Positions 22,927 to 32,900 of a DNA stretch of 64,000 nucleotides are shown piece after piece; the stretch's first letter is position 1; each line of letters starts with the position of its first letter. The position numbers were made by a program, and so were the translations under genes. Source of the stretch: an uncultured Candidatus Saccharibacteria bacterium. Lineage in GTDB: Bacteria; Patescibacteriota; Minisyncoccia; Phycocordibacterales; UBA9973. The stretch is from contig CAZYBS010000003.1 in the NCBI GenBank assembly GCA_964645245.1, positions 9,366 through 73,365 on the forward strand. The letters run 5' to 3'. The notes under the pieces were generated by a model. It ran no database searches. It was not told where the DNA came from and saw nothing but the letters and a program-made list of their open reading frames with translations.

Positions 22927-24588
22927 ATGAAAAATCAAACCCAAAATCAAATATGCCAAAATTGCAAAAAAGGCTTTAACATCGAGCCGGATGATTTCGG
23001 TTTTTACGAGCAGATGAAAATTCCCCCTCCAGCGTGGTGCCCGTTTTGCCGGTTAGTCCGCCGTTTGGCTTGGCAGGGATATCGCTTTTTGTATAAAAGA
23101 GAGTGTAACTTTTCCGGAGAGAAGGTACTATCAACTATTCCTCCAGATTCACCGCATAAAGTATATAAGCAAGATATTTGGTGGTCTGATAAATGGGACC
23201 CAAAAAGTTATGGACGGGATTATAATTTCAGCCGTCCCTTTTTTGAACAATGGAAAGAATTAATTAGGGATGTTCCACTACCTTCACTCATGACAGAATA
23301 CTCAACCATGATTGGGAGCGATTACTGCAACGCTGCGGCGACACTTAAGAACTGCTACCTTTGTTTTAAATTTGACGAAAGTGAGGAGTGTGCTTACTGT
23401 AATACCGGAACTACCCTAAAAAACAGCTTTGATGTTTCATTCTCCAACTTTTGCGAACTTTGCTACGAATCAACCAATCTTAATAAGTGCTACCAGATAT
23501 TTTTCTCTCAAGATTGCGAAGATTCTCACAATATTTGGTTTTCCAGAGATCTAGTGGGATGCAATGATTGTATTGGATGTGTCAACTTACGAAACAAAAG
23601 CTATCATATTTTTAATAAGCCATATTCGAGAGAAGACTATCAAGCGCTTGTTAAAAAATATGATTTTAACACTCCTGAAGGTATAAATTTATTTAAAAAA
23701 GAAGCCCAGGAATTTATGTTGACACACCCCCGAAGACAATTTCACGGATACCAAAACCAAAACGTCTCAGGTGATTATATTTATAAAAGTAGAAATATAA
23801 AAAACTCTTATATGGTTCGCAATAGCGAAAATCTGAGATATTGCCAATTACTTAAGGCGGGAAATGTTTATAATGCAATGGACTATACCACTTTTGGTTT
23901 AAAGGCAGAATGGATTTACGAATGTGGCTGGGTTGGTATCCAAGTAAGTAATGTTAAGTTCAGCATTTGGTGTTATAAATCTCATGATCTTGAGTATTGC
24001 TTCGGTTGCATGGGATCAGGTAATTTGTTTGGATGTATAGGAGTTAGAACGGGAGAATATTGTATTTTGAACAAACAGTACACAAAAGAAGAATATATTA
24101 ATCTCGTGAGTAAAATAAAAAAAGAAATGAAAGAATACGGTGAGATGCTTCCAGTTAGTTTATGTCCATGGCCATACAATGAATCAAATGCAAATGAGTG
24201 GTTTCCGCTTACCAGAGGCGAAGCTCTAGCTAAAGGTTTCAGTTGGCGCGATCCTGACCCACGAGAGTATGTGGATGCGACCATTATCCTACCGGACAAT
24301 ATCAAAGACGTTGCTGACGACATTTTGAAGGCGATTTTAAAATGTGTTGATTGTGGAAAGAACTACCAGATTATTCACAAAGAACTACAATTTTTGAGAC
24401 GTTTTAATTTACCAATTTCAAGGCAATGTCCTCTTTGTCGCGACCGTGCACGAGTTAAACAAATGAATCCGCTCCAGATTTTTAATCGTGAGTGCAATAA
24501 ATGTGATGTGTCAATTGAAACTTCATATGCTCCCGAACGACCGGAAATAGTTTATTGTGAAAAATGTTATCAGCAGGAAGTTTATTAA
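22927..24588 (+). CDS. Cysteine-rich repeat protein of unknown function (553 aa, many CxxC/CxC pairs)
   Basis: N-terminal CQNCKK...CPFC, then repeated NCYLCF/CAYCN/CELCY/CNDCIGC segments, and C-terminal CVDCGKNYQ...CPLCRDR...CNKCD...CEKC. No family recognised. Confidence 0.5.
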   Translation: MKNQTQNQICQNCKKGFNIEPDDFGFYEQMKIPPPAWCPFCRLVRRLAWQGYRFLYKRECNFSGEKVLSTIPPDSPHKVYKQDIWWSDKWDPKSYGRDYNFSRPFFEQWKELIRDVPLPSLMTEYSTMIGSDYCNAAATLKNCYLCFKFDESEECAYCNTGTTLKNSFDVSFSNFCELCYESTNLNKCYQIFFSQDCEDSHNIWFSRDLVGCNDCIGCVNLRNKSYHIFNKPYSREDYQALVKKYDFNTPEGINLFKKEAQEFMLTHPRRQFHGYQNQNVSGDYIYKSRNIKNSYMVRNSENLRYCQLLKAGNVYNAMDYTTFGLKAEWIYECGWVGIQVSNVKFSIWCYKSHDLEYCFGCMGSGNLFGCIGVRTGEYCILNKQYTKEEYINLVSKIKKEMKEYGEMLPVSLCPWPYNESNANEWFPLTRGEALAKGFSWRDPDPREYVDATIILPDNIKDVADDILKAILKCVDCGKNYQIIHKELQFLRRFNLPISRQCPLCRDRARVKQMNPLQIFNRECNKCDVSIETSYAPERPEIVYCEKCYQQEVY

Positions 24589-24626
24589 TATTCTAATATT
24601 TTGCAAAATTACAAAATAACAAAATT

Positions 24627-26777
24627 ATGCGGCTCAAAACTCTTGAATTAAATGGCTTTAAATCTTTTTCTCAAAAAAGCCTTTTAGAGTTCAATAATAA
24701 TATCGTTTGCATCGTAGGTCCGAATGGCTCCGGTAAATCCAATGTGGTGGAGGCTGTCCGCTACGTCTTGGGTGAACAATCAATGAAATCAATGCGCGGC
24801 AAGACTGGCTTGGATCTTATTTTTAAAGGATCAAAGAATTTACCCAAAAGTTCTCGAGGAGTTGTTTCAATATATTTTAATAATTCCGATAAAGTTTTTA
24901 AACTAACGAACGATGGGGGAGACAGTATAAATTTGAATTATGACACGATTAGCATTTCTCGGCAGGTTTTTCCAGATGGATTGAATAAATATATTTTAAA
25001 TGGCACAGAGGTTAGATTAAAAGATATTCACAATCTTTTGGCATCAGTTAATATCGGTTCTTCCGGGCATCATATTATTTCGCAGGGTGAAACTGATAGG
25101 ATTTTGAATGCAAATTGGAAAGAGAGGCGCGCCATAGTGGAAGACGCATTGGGGCTTAAGATCTACCAGTATAAAATAAAAGAAAGTGAGAGAAAACTGG
25201 AACGCACGAATGAAAATATGAAAGAAGTGACGCTGATGCGGCGTGAGAATGCCCCGCATCTTAACTTTTTAAGAAAACAGGTGGAAAAATTTGAAAAAGG
25301 GAAAGAAATGCAGGGCGAGCTCCTCTCTCTTTATCAGGAGTACCTAAAGAAAGAAAGTGTTTATTTAGATACGGAAAAAAAGAACTTATATTCTGAAAGA
25401 AATAAAATTTCAAGCGAACTCCAAGATATTGCCGGTAAGATTTCCGATGTTGAAGACGGAAATTCTACGCACGGGAACAAAAAGATAGAGGAGTTAAAAA
25501 TAATTGAGCAAAAACTAAATGAAAATCGCCGATTAAAAAGCGAAATGGAGCGCAAATTAGGCAGGATTGAAGGAATGCTAGAATCAAAAGAAAATAAGGT
25601 TAAGCTTTCCGGCAAGTGTCCGCTGTGTGGAAGCGAAATTAAAGAAATGGGAGCAGAGCAGATAGAGAAAAGGCAAAATGACGAAAAAGAGTTGACGGAA
25701 TTGAAAAATTCACAAGCTGATATTCTGACTGAAATACAGAAAATGGAAGAAAAAGAGGCAAAGATGTCAGAGTCGGCTGAAATCTTAAAACAGGAAATAA
25801 ATAAGGAAATGGAGGCTTTGCGCGATAAAGAAAGAGAAAAATTCAAGTTTAAAGTCAGGCATCAGGAATTATCTTCTACTTTGGAATTTATTGCTATAAG
25901 GGAAGAGAATTTAAGAAATAGAGTAGAGGCTTTTGAAAATGAGATAAAGGAGGGCGTCGCTTTAATTGGGGAACAGATTTTGTCTTATAAAGATTTTGAA
26001 ATTGAGGGACTTAGTGAAACTGCTTCTCAAGAAGAACAAAAAAGAAAAATTGAACGTGTAAAAATAAAATTAGAAGATACAGGTCTTGGTAATGGAGCTG
26101 AAATCATGAAAGAATTTAGAGAAGTCTCGGAGAGAGACAGTTTTTTGGCGAAAGAAATGGAAGATTTGACTAAAAGTATTGAATCTTTGCAAAAGCTTAT
26201 AGTCGACCTGAAAGAAAAAATAGATATAGAATTTAAAGAGGGTATTAAAAAGATAAATTTGGAGTTTCAAGAATTTTTCTCGCTTATGTTTGGAGGAGGA
26301 AACGCTTCGCTGGCTATCGTCGTTGAAAATAAGAAAGGTAGGCGGGAAAAGGTCGAACCTTTAGAGAGTTCAAGGTTCGACCTTGAGGAGCCGGAAGAAC
26401 AAGAAGAAGAAACTGTGCCGGAACAAGGAATAGAAATAAATGTCTCACTTCCTCACAAAAAAGTCAAAGAGCTTCAGGCGCTCTCGGGCGGAGAGAGGTC
26501 GCTCACGTCTATTGCTCTTCTTTTCGCTATGTCACAAGTCAACCCACCGCCTTTTCTGGTATTAGATGAAACCGATGCCGCCCTGGATGAAGCCAATTCT
26601 AGAAAATTCGGAGATATGCTAGAAAAACTCTCCAAGCATTCCCAACTCATTGTCGTGACTCACAATCGCGAGACGATGTCTCGCGCCGGGGTGCTCTACG
26701 GCGTGACTATAGGTAGTAATGGCGCTTCCAAACTTCTCTCGGTAAAGTTCGAAGAAGCCACCCAAATTGCGCAATAA
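24627..26777 (+). CDS. SMC-family chromosome segregation ATPase, short form (716 aa) with central CPLC motif
   Basis: N-terminal LELNGFKSF...IVGPNGSGKSNVVEAVRYVLGEQS. C-terminal signature LSGGERSLTSIALLFAM and Walker B FLVLDETDAALD. The coiled-coil middle contains GKCPLCGSE, which is Rad50 zinc-hook-like. Confidence 0.75.
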   Translation: MRLKTLELNGFKSFSQKSLLEFNNNIVCIVGPNGSGKSNVVEAVRYVLGEQSMKSMRGKTGLDLIFKGSKNLPKSSRGVVSIYFNNSDKVFKLTNDGGDSINLNYDTISISRQVFPDGLNKYILNGTEVRLKDIHNLLASVNIGSSGHHIISQGETDRILNANWKERRAIVEDALGLKIYQYKIKESERKLERTNENMKEVTLMRRENAPHLNFLRKQVEKFEKGKEMQGELLSLYQEYLKKESVYLDTEKKNLYSERNKISSELQDIAGKISDVEDGNSTHGNKKIEELKIIEQKLNENRRLKSEMERKLGRIEGMLESKENKVKLSGKCPLCGSEIKEMGAEQIEKRQNDEKELTELKNSQADILTEIQKMEEKEAKMSESAEILKQEINKEMEALRDKEREKFKFKVRHQELSSTLEFIAIREENLRNRVEAFENEIKEGVALIGEQILSYKDFEIEGLSETASQEEQKRKIERVKIKLEDTGLGNGAEIMKEFREVSERDSFLAKEMEDLTKSIESLQKLIVDLKEKIDIEFKEGIKKINLEFQEFFSLMFGGGNASLAIVVENKKGRREKVEPLESSRFDLEEPEEQEEETVPEQGIEINVSLPHKKVKELQALSGGERSLTSIALLFAMSQVNPPPFLVLDETDAALDEANSRKFGDMLEKLSKHSQLIVVTHNRETMSRAGVLYGVTIGSNGASKLLSVKFEEATQIAQ

Positions 26778-26779
26778 AA

Positions 26780-28579
26780 TTAATTAATTTTTATTTTCTG
26801 GAATTTTATTTTTTCTTCTCTGCCTTTGATTATTTTATCCGGTTGAAAAACTTTATTTAATTTTACGATATCTTTTCTGGCGGTCATGCTTCCGTCTCTG
26901 CTTAATTTTATATTAAGTAGCAAACCCTGCATCGTTTTCTGGCTAAATGCCTGGTCAAAAATGAAATTGCCGAGCGAGTAGGCGACATAGCTTTCTTTAT
27001 AAACTTCGAAATCTTCTACGACATGCGGATGCGAGCCGATTATGAGTTTTGCGCCGTTATCAATTGCTTTATGGGCTAGATATTCTTGTCTGGCATTATG
27101 TTTTGCCTGATATTCTTCACCGAAATGAAAATAAACTACCAGGTAATCAACCTGCTTGGACGCATTTTTTATTATTTCATCAAAACGCAGATTGTTTGTC
27201 AGCAACAAGCCGGCTTTATCTTCTCTTGCTTCCATAGAGTCCGGCCCATTGTCTCCGAATCCTAAAAAGCCTATTTTTATTCCGTATTTTTCAATGACAG
27301 TTGGTCGTTCGGCCTCCTGAAGGTCGTTTCCTCCCCCGGTGTAGAGTATTTCATTTTCTTTTAAGCGTGAGAGCGTGTCAATATAGGCAACACGGCCCCA
27401 ATCCCCGACGTGATTGTTGGCCACGGATAAAATGCTTATGCCCGCGCCGGCCAGGGCGGGGACTACAGCCGGATCCATTCTAAAAGAATATAAACTTCCT
27501 CCGTCCTGGCCTTTGTCTGATGCCGTGCCTTCCAGATTGGCAAAGACAATATCAGATTCTTTTAGAATTTTTAATTTTTCAAAAAGCGCTGAGTAATCAT
27601 TGTTGAAATTTTTTATTACTGAATTTTTTACTCCGCGGTCAAGCATTATATCTCCAGCGAAAGTAAATGTTACAAAATCCGGATCTTTAATGTCCGGTGT
27701 TCCTACTTTTTTCTGGACCCAATCAGTATTGGCATCAGCTTCTCCGCCGTAATATATGTTTTTCTTTAAATATTTCAAAATATTTCCTACATCTTTATAG
27801 CGATCTTGGCTGGAGAGAAGTACTATGGCAATAGGGCGAGAACCTGATTTCCCCAGAGGGAGAGAAAAAAGTGAAACGACTGTTTGCTTGGCCTCGTCGG
27901 TGTATCCGCTTTTTCCGCCAAGATAGCCGTCTTGATGCAGAAATTTACTGATATTTGACCAAGTCTGTTTTTTGTTTGAGAAAGAGCGTTTAATTGTGAT
28001 TTGCAATAAATCTTGTTTTTGTTGATTTAAATATCCTACCAGCTTGAATATATCGGAAACAGTCGATTGATTTTTAGGGGAGAGTCCACTGGGGTCTTCA
28101 TAGGAGGTGGAGGACATTTTCAAAATAAATGCTTCTTGATTCATCTTTTTTATAAAAATATCTCGCCCGAAATGTTCCGCGATTACTTCCGCCGCATCAT
28201 TGCTTGATTCTAAAAGCAGGGAATAGACAAGGTCCATAATTTTTATTTTCCCCCCTATTGTTAAGTTCCCGTTTTTACCGGGAGTATTTATAGCCTTTTT
28301 ACTTATTTTTGCAAGATCATCCGATTTTGTTATCTCGCTCGCGACCAATGCGGTCATAAGTTTAGAAATTGAAGCTATGGGAAATTTTTGGTCTTGGTTT
28401 TTTGACAAGATAATTTCGCCGGTGTTCAGGTCGCCAACCAAGTAAGCTTGGGCCGAGACCTGCAGTTGCCTGTTTACGTCTTTATTTGAATAGAAATACT
28501 GAGGTTTTTCTGCAAAGGACACAGAAAAAAATCCTGTAAATACGATAAATATAACCCAAAATACTAATCTAAGCTTCAT
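26780..28579 (-). CDS. Fusion protein: N-terminal D-alanyl-D-alanine carboxypeptidase (PBP5/S11) + C-terminal CapA/PgsA-like metallophosphoesterase
   Basis: Signal/TM, SxxK (SISKLMT), SxN (ESSND), KSG (GGKSGYT); then GDIMLDRG...VANNHVGDWG...GSHPHV typical of the CapA family. Confidence 0.7.
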   Translation of the reverse strand: MKLRLVFWVIFIVFTGFFSVSFAEKPQYFYSNKDVNRQLQVSAQAYLVGDLNTGEIILSKNQDQKFPIASISKLMTALVASEITKSDDLAKISKKAINTPGKNGNLTIGGKIKIMDLVYSLLLESSNDAAEVIAEHFGRDIFIKKMNQEAFILKMSSTSYEDPSGLSPKNQSTVSDIFKLVGYLNQQKQDLLQITIKRSFSNKKQTWSNISKFLHQDGYLGGKSGYTDEAKQTVVSLFSLPLGKSGSRPIAIVLLSSQDRYKDVGNILKYLKKNIYYGGEADANTDWVQKKVGTPDIKDPDFVTFTFAGDIMLDRGVKNSVIKNFNNDYSALFEKLKILKESDIVFANLEGTASDKGQDGGSLYSFRMDPAVVPALAGAGISILSVANNHVGDWGRVAYIDTLSRLKENEILYTGGGNDLQEAERPTVIEKYGIKIGFLGFGDNGPDSMEAREDKAGLLLTNNLRFDEIIKNASKQVDYLVVYFHFGEEYQAKHNARQEYLAHKAIDNGAKLIIGSHPHVVEDFEVYKESYVAYSLGNFIFDQAFSQKTMQGLLLNIKLSRDGSMTARKDIVKLNKVFQPDKIIKGREEKIKFQKIKIN

Positions 28580-30477
28580 ATCAAAATATAATCTATTGTT
28601 TTTCGTTCCAAATCGGCTCCTTTTACTTTTATTTTAACTTTATCTCCCAATCTATATCTTTTTTTTCTTTTCTGTCCGACGAGTTCCAATTTCTTTTCAT
28701 TAAAAACATAAAAATCGTCGTTCATGTCTCTGACTCGCACTAGGCCTTCGCATTTTGTTTCTATTTCTTCCACATAAATGCCCCACTCTGTTATTCCGCT
28801 TATAATTCCCTCAAACTTTTCTCCCTGGCGTTTGGACATATACTCAACTTGTTTGTATTTAATAGAGGCTCGTTCAGCCTCGGCGGCGCGCTTTTCCTGT
28901 TCAGATGATTTTCTGGAAATTTCTTCATATTCGCGCAGATTTTCTTTGCCTACTTTTTTCCCAGAAAGATAATTTGCCAAAAGTCTATGGACTATTATAT
29001 CCGGGTAGCGTCTGATTGGGGAAGTAAAGTGCGTGTAATGTTCGAAGGCCAGGCCGTAATGCCCGATATTTTTAGTAGAATAAATTGCTTTAGCCATGGA
29101 ACGGATAACTGCGCGATGCACCGTGTCTGCCTCGTTTTTACCTTGTAGATTTTTAAGAAGGTTGTTGATTTCATAATTTGAAATAACCCCATTTTGGAGA
29201 GTTATTTTGTGTCCTAAACTTCGCAGAAAGAATGTTAGATCAGTCATTTTTTCTTTGCTGGGCAAGTCATGCACGCGATAGATAAAAGTATTCTTTGAAA
29301 GAACCTTCGCCACTTTTTTATTTGCCAAGAGCATAAATTCTTCAATCAATCTATTTGAATCGCCGCGCTCTTTTTTTATTACTTTTATTGGGATTCCGGA
29401 GGAGTCCAGCACAAATTTCACTTCTTCTTGGTCCAGCGATATAGCGCCCTGCGCAAATCTTTCTTTGGTTAATTTCTTGGCTAAGTTATTTAGAATAGAT
29501 AGCTCTCTATGCAGAGGGGCATTAGCTTTTTTGATTGATTCTTCCGCTTCCTCATAGGTGAATCTTTTTTGGGAATGTATTATCGTGCGTCCGAACCATT
29601 CCTGCTTTACTTTGGCATTCTTATCTATAATAAAAACCGCGCTCGTCGTCAGCCGGTCCTTGTGGGGCACCAAACTGCATAAATCATTGGAAAGTATTTC
29701 CGGCAGCATGGGTATTGTTCTGTCCACTAAATACACCGAAGTTCCTCGCTGGCGCGCTTCTTCGTCCAACCCGCTGCCAACTTTTACATAATGCGAAACG
29801 TCAGCTATATGTACACCTATTTCATACTCTTCCCTACCAATTTCCTTAAATGATATAGCATCGTCAAAATCTTTTGCGTCCTCTGGGTCAATAGTGAATG
29901 TCAGAATTTTTCTGAAATCACGACGCCCTCCATAATCACTCTCTTTGATGCCACTTTTTTTTATTTCTCTTGCTTCCTCGTAAACTTTTTTAGGGAGCTC
30001 TGAATCAAAACCTTTTTCCATTGCGATTGCCTGCATTTCTGCGTCATTGTCTCCCGGTCGGCCTAAAATTTTGACTACTTTCCCCTCCGGCGCTTTGCGA
30101 GCGTCTTTCCATAAAACTATTTCCACAAAAACTTTTTGGCCGGCTTTTGCGCTACATAACGATTTTTCCGGAATCAAAATATCCGTATACATTTTCGTAT
30201 CATCTGGCTTTAAGAAAAATACTGATTTTTCTTTCTCCAAAACTCCGGCAAAACTCATTTTGGCGCGCGAAAGTATTTTTAATACTTCGCCTGTTTGACG
30301 CCTTTTACCTTTTGGATGAAGAATTATTTCTACCCTGTCTCCATGCAATGCAGTATTTAAGTGCCTAAAATCAATTTCCGGGTCTTCTTTTAATTCTGGA
30401 ATATCTACATACCCAATGCCTTTTGAGGATATGGATATGATACCTTGTAGTTTATTTTTAGTTTCTTTCATCTTCAT
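28576..30477 (-). CDS. rnr: Ribonuclease R / RNase II family exoribonuclease
   Basis: OB-fold N-terminus, RNB catalytic motif FTIDPEDAKDFDDAIS, C-terminal S1 domain. Confidence 0.85.
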   Translation of the reverse strand: MKMKETKNKLQGIISISSKGIGYVDIPELKEDPEIDFRHLNTALHGDRVEIILHPKGKRRQTGEVLKILSRAKMSFAGVLEKEKSVFFLKPDDTKMYTDILIPEKSLCSAKAGQKVFVEIVLWKDARKAPEGKVVKILGRPGDNDAEMQAIAMEKGFDSELPKKVYEEAREIKKSGIKESDYGGRRDFRKILTFTIDPEDAKDFDDAISFKEIGREEYEIGVHIADVSHYVKVGSGLDEEARQRGTSVYLVDRTIPMLPEILSNDLCSLVPHKDRLTTSAVFIIDKNAKVKQEWFGRTIIHSQKRFTYEEAEESIKKANAPLHRELSILNNLAKKLTKERFAQGAISLDQEEVKFVLDSSGIPIKVIKKERGDSNRLIEEFMLLANKKVAKVLSKNTFIYRVHDLPSKEKMTDLTFFLRSLGHKITLQNGVISNYEINNLLKNLQGKNEADTVHRAVIRSMAKAIYSTKNIGHYGLAFEHYTHFTSPIRRYPDIIVHRLLANYLSGKKVGKENLREYEEISRKSSEQEKRAAEAERASIKYKQVEYMSKRQGEKFEGIISGITEWGIYVEEIETKCEGLVRVRDMNDDFYVFNEKKLELVGQKRKKRYRLGDKVKIKVKGADLERKTIDYILI

Positions 30478-30536
30478 AAGAATAACATAAAACGATTATG
30501 TTTGCCTTTTTTGCAAATTATGTTAAGCTGTCTTTA

Positions 30537-30857
30537 ATGTTAAAAGTTAGACTGCAGAGAATAGGCAGAAAAAATAACCCGGCGTTTCGGGTTGTTTTGA
30601 CTGATTCAAAAAACAGCACCAAGAGCGGAAGATTTTTAGAAATACTCGGCACTTACAATCCAAAGGCCAAAGAGGATAATTTGAAGAGGAGTTTAATTGC
30701 AGATAGGATAAAATATTGGATTAGTAAAGGCGCAAAATGCTCGGATACAATGCACAATTTTTTAGTGCATGATAAAGTTATAGAAGGCAAGAAAGTGAAT
30801 GTATTGCCAAAGAAAAAACCAACGTTAAAAAGAAAGGAGTTGAAAGCTAAAAAATAA
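30537..30857 (+). CDS. rpsP: 30S ribosomal protein S16
   Basis: MLKVRLQRIGRKNNPAFRVVLTDSKNSTKSGRFLEILGTYNP. The track ORF starts earlier; the ATG at 30537 matches the bS16 N-terminus. Confidence 0.85.
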   Translation: MLKVRLQRIGRKNNPAFRVVLTDSKNSTKSGRFLEILGTYNPKAKEDNLKRSLIADRIKYWISKGAKCSDTMHNFLVHDKVIEGKKVNVLPKKKPTLKRKELKAKK

Positions 30858-30957
30858 CTTGCCCCGCCATGGCGGGGTGAAGTATAATTGGTTAAGCAGT
30901 ATCGGGTCGTAACACTGCAAAGTTAGTTAAAGATTAATAATATTTATCTGAAACACT

Positions 30958-31311
30958 ATGGAAGACGCTGACAAGATATTTCTGGAATATGTAGTCAAAG
31001 CTCTGGTTGACAATCCGAACGATATAAAGATTGACCGTACGGTGGATGAAATGGGAGTGCTCATCTCGCTTACCGTGAATCCTGCCGATATGGGTAAGAT
31101 TATCGGAAGAATGGGCAACACCGCCAAAGCTATTCGCACTCTTCTGCGAATTATCGGGATGAAAAATAATGCCCGCGTGAACTTGAAGATCAACGAACCG
31201 GAGGGAAGCACCAGGCCCCAGCCAGACTCTATGGGACGTACGGCCTCTCAAAGTGCTCCGAGTTCAATGAAGACAGTAGACCAAGCGATGGAAGACTTGA
31301 AGGGGATTTAA
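30958..31311 (+). CDS. KH-domain RNA-binding protein (YlqC/UPF0109-like) of the rpsP-trmD operon
   Basis: VDEMGVLISLTVNPADMGKIIGRMGNTAKAIRTLL carries the KH GxxG loop. Confidence 0.7.
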   Translation: MEDADKIFLEYVVKALVDNPNDIKIDRTVDEMGVLISLTVNPADMGKIIGRMGNTAKAIRTLLRIIGMKNNARVNLKINEPEGSTRPQPDSMGRTASQSAPSSMKTVDQAMEDLKGI

Positions 31312-31991
31312 TGCGTTTTCATGTAATTACAATTTTTCCGGAGATGTTTGACTCTTATTTAAAAGAGTCCATTATTGGGCGGGCCCTAAACCAGAGCAAG
31401 CTCGGTTCAGGGCAGGCGAAAAAGAAAAAGAGTTTAATTGAAGTTCGTTTCTACAATCCGATGGATTTTTGTGAGCCGAAAAAAAGGGTAGACAGCAGGC
31501 CATATGGGGGAGGACCCGGAATGGTATTACGACCAGAACTTTTTCTTAAGGCATTTTCTAAAATTAAAATAAAAAATAAAAAGAAAACTAAGATAATTTT
31601 ATTTTCCACTTCTGGCAAAAAATTTGATACAGCTTATGCAAAAAAATTAGTTAAACAAAAATATACTGATATCATTCTAATTTCCGGCCGTTATGAAGGC
31701 ATAGATGCTCGGGTGCAAAAAATTCTGAAAGCAGAAGAAATTTCAATAGGGGATTATATATTAACCGGCGGAGAGCTTCCGGCGATGGTTTTAATTGATT
31801 CCATTTCCCGCCAAATTCCGGGAGTTTTGGGCAAATATGAATCATTGGAAGAAGAACGAGTTTCAACCAGCGAAGTTTACACCCGTCCGGAAGTCTTGAA
31901 ATACAAAGGTAAAAGTTACAAAGTCCCGAAAGTCCTACTATTGGGCAATCACAAAAAAATAGAAGAATGGAAAAAACGTGCTTCTTTATAA
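31311..31991 (+). CDS. trmD: tRNA (guanine37-N1)-methyltransferase
   Basis: MRFHVITIFPEMFDSYL...IGRAL, SPOUT knot region ISGRYEGIDARV, DYILTGGELPAMVLIDSISRQIPGVLG. Confidence 0.85.
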   Translation: MRFHVITIFPEMFDSYLKESIIGRALNQSKLGSGQAKKKKSLIEVRFYNPMDFCEPKKRVDSRPYGGGPGMVLRPELFLKAFSKIKIKNKKKTKIILFSTSGKKFDTAYAKKLVKQKYTDIILISGRYEGIDARVQKILKAEEISIGDYILTGGELPAMVLIDSISRQIPGVLGKYESLEEERVSTSEVYTRPEVLKYKGKSYKVPKVLLLGNHKKIEEWKKRASL

Positions 31992-32011
31992 TATTTATCT
32001 TTATGTACTTT

Positions 32012-32046
32012 GTGAATAAATTATGCATATGCTAAAATTACTCACA
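32012..32046. repeat. 35-bp direct repeat (copy 1) containing palindrome GCATATGC and TAAAAT; lies upstream of the PaaX-like gene
   Basis: gtgaataaattatgcatatgctaaaattactcaca versus copy 2 at 32689-32723 (gtgaataaaatctgcatatgctaaaattactcaca), 32/35 identical. Confidence 0.7.
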
Positions 32047-32057
32047 ACACAAACAAT

Positions 32058-32663
32058 ATGAAGAATAAATATTTTGATAAATTTAGAGAGTTTCTGAATT
32101 CCGGAACACCGAATGCCAAAATAGTGGAGATTACCCTGTGTTTACTTGCTATTGCGTCAATACCAGCGCTTGTTCTCATCGCCGCTTCTATGGGTAATGC
32201 TGTGCAATTGTTTGGGCAATTCAAAACTTCTAAACGCTTTAGTAAAAAACAGATTACTGATTCATTTATCTATCTTCAGCGCCAGAAATTAATAGAGTAT
32301 ATAGCTGATAAAAATGGGAAAACAATAGTAGGAATTACCAAGAAAGGAGAGACGAGACTGAGAGCTTTTGATATTGATCTTATTAAAATCAAGAAACCCA
32401 AAAAATGGGATGGGAAATGGAGATTGGTAATGTTTGATATTCCGATAAGATTTACAAAGGGCAGAGAAGCTCTACGATATCACCTGAAAGAACTAGATTT
32501 TTTTCAATTCCAGAAATCTGCGTGGATTTATCCTTATCCTTGTGAAGATGAAATAATATTTATCGCCGATTTCTTCGGGGTAGGGAAGTATGTGGAAGTT
32601 TTAACCGCCGAAAGTATTTTAAGAGACGAAAAAATTAAGAGACATTTTGGGTTCATGAAATGA
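32058..32663 (+). CDS. PaaX-like / Cas2-fold regulator candidate (wHTH-like N-terminus + VMFDIP...SVWIYP C-terminal domain)
   Basis: KWDGKWRLVMFDIPIRFTKGREALRYHLKELDFFQFQKSAWIYPYP resembles the Cas2-like C-terminal domain of PaaX-family repressors. Weak call. Confidence 0.4.
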   Translation: MKNKYFDKFREFLNSGTPNAKIVEITLCLLAIASIPALVLIAASMGNAVQLFGQFKTSKRFSKKQITDSFIYLQRQKLIEYIADKNGKTIVGITKKGETRLRAFDIDLIKIKKPKKWDGKWRLVMFDIPIRFTKGREALRYHLKELDFFQFQKSAWIYPYPCEDEIIFIADFFGVGKYVEVLTAESILRDEKIKRHFGFMK

Positions 32664-32688
32664 AGTTATTTTTATTTTTAATAATGTG

Positions 32689-32723
32689 TGAATAAAATCT
32701 GCATATGCTAAAATTACTCACAT
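32689..32723. repeat. 35-bp direct repeat (copy 2)
   Basis: See copy 1. A third partial match (tagcatatgcggaaaag) is at about 32800. Confidence 0.7.
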
Positions 32724-32900
32724 GTAGGTTGAGGATGTCTAAATTTATATTTGTTGAAAAATTAAAGAAATTTTTTGTTTGTGATGTTGTATAAGATTCT
32801 AGCATATGCGGAAAAGTTGTACATTAACAGAACTGGAAAAATTTAGAGGTTGATTTTTATTGGTGTTTTTGCTTTAATTTTAAAAAGGAGGGGTTGTACC

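Noticed and set aside
30862-30877. CCCCGCCatgGCGGGG after rpsP as a rho-independent terminator
   Set aside because: Perfect hairpin but no downstream U-tract. More likely another member of the GC-rich hairpin element family (near-identical to the in-frame copy in pilD).
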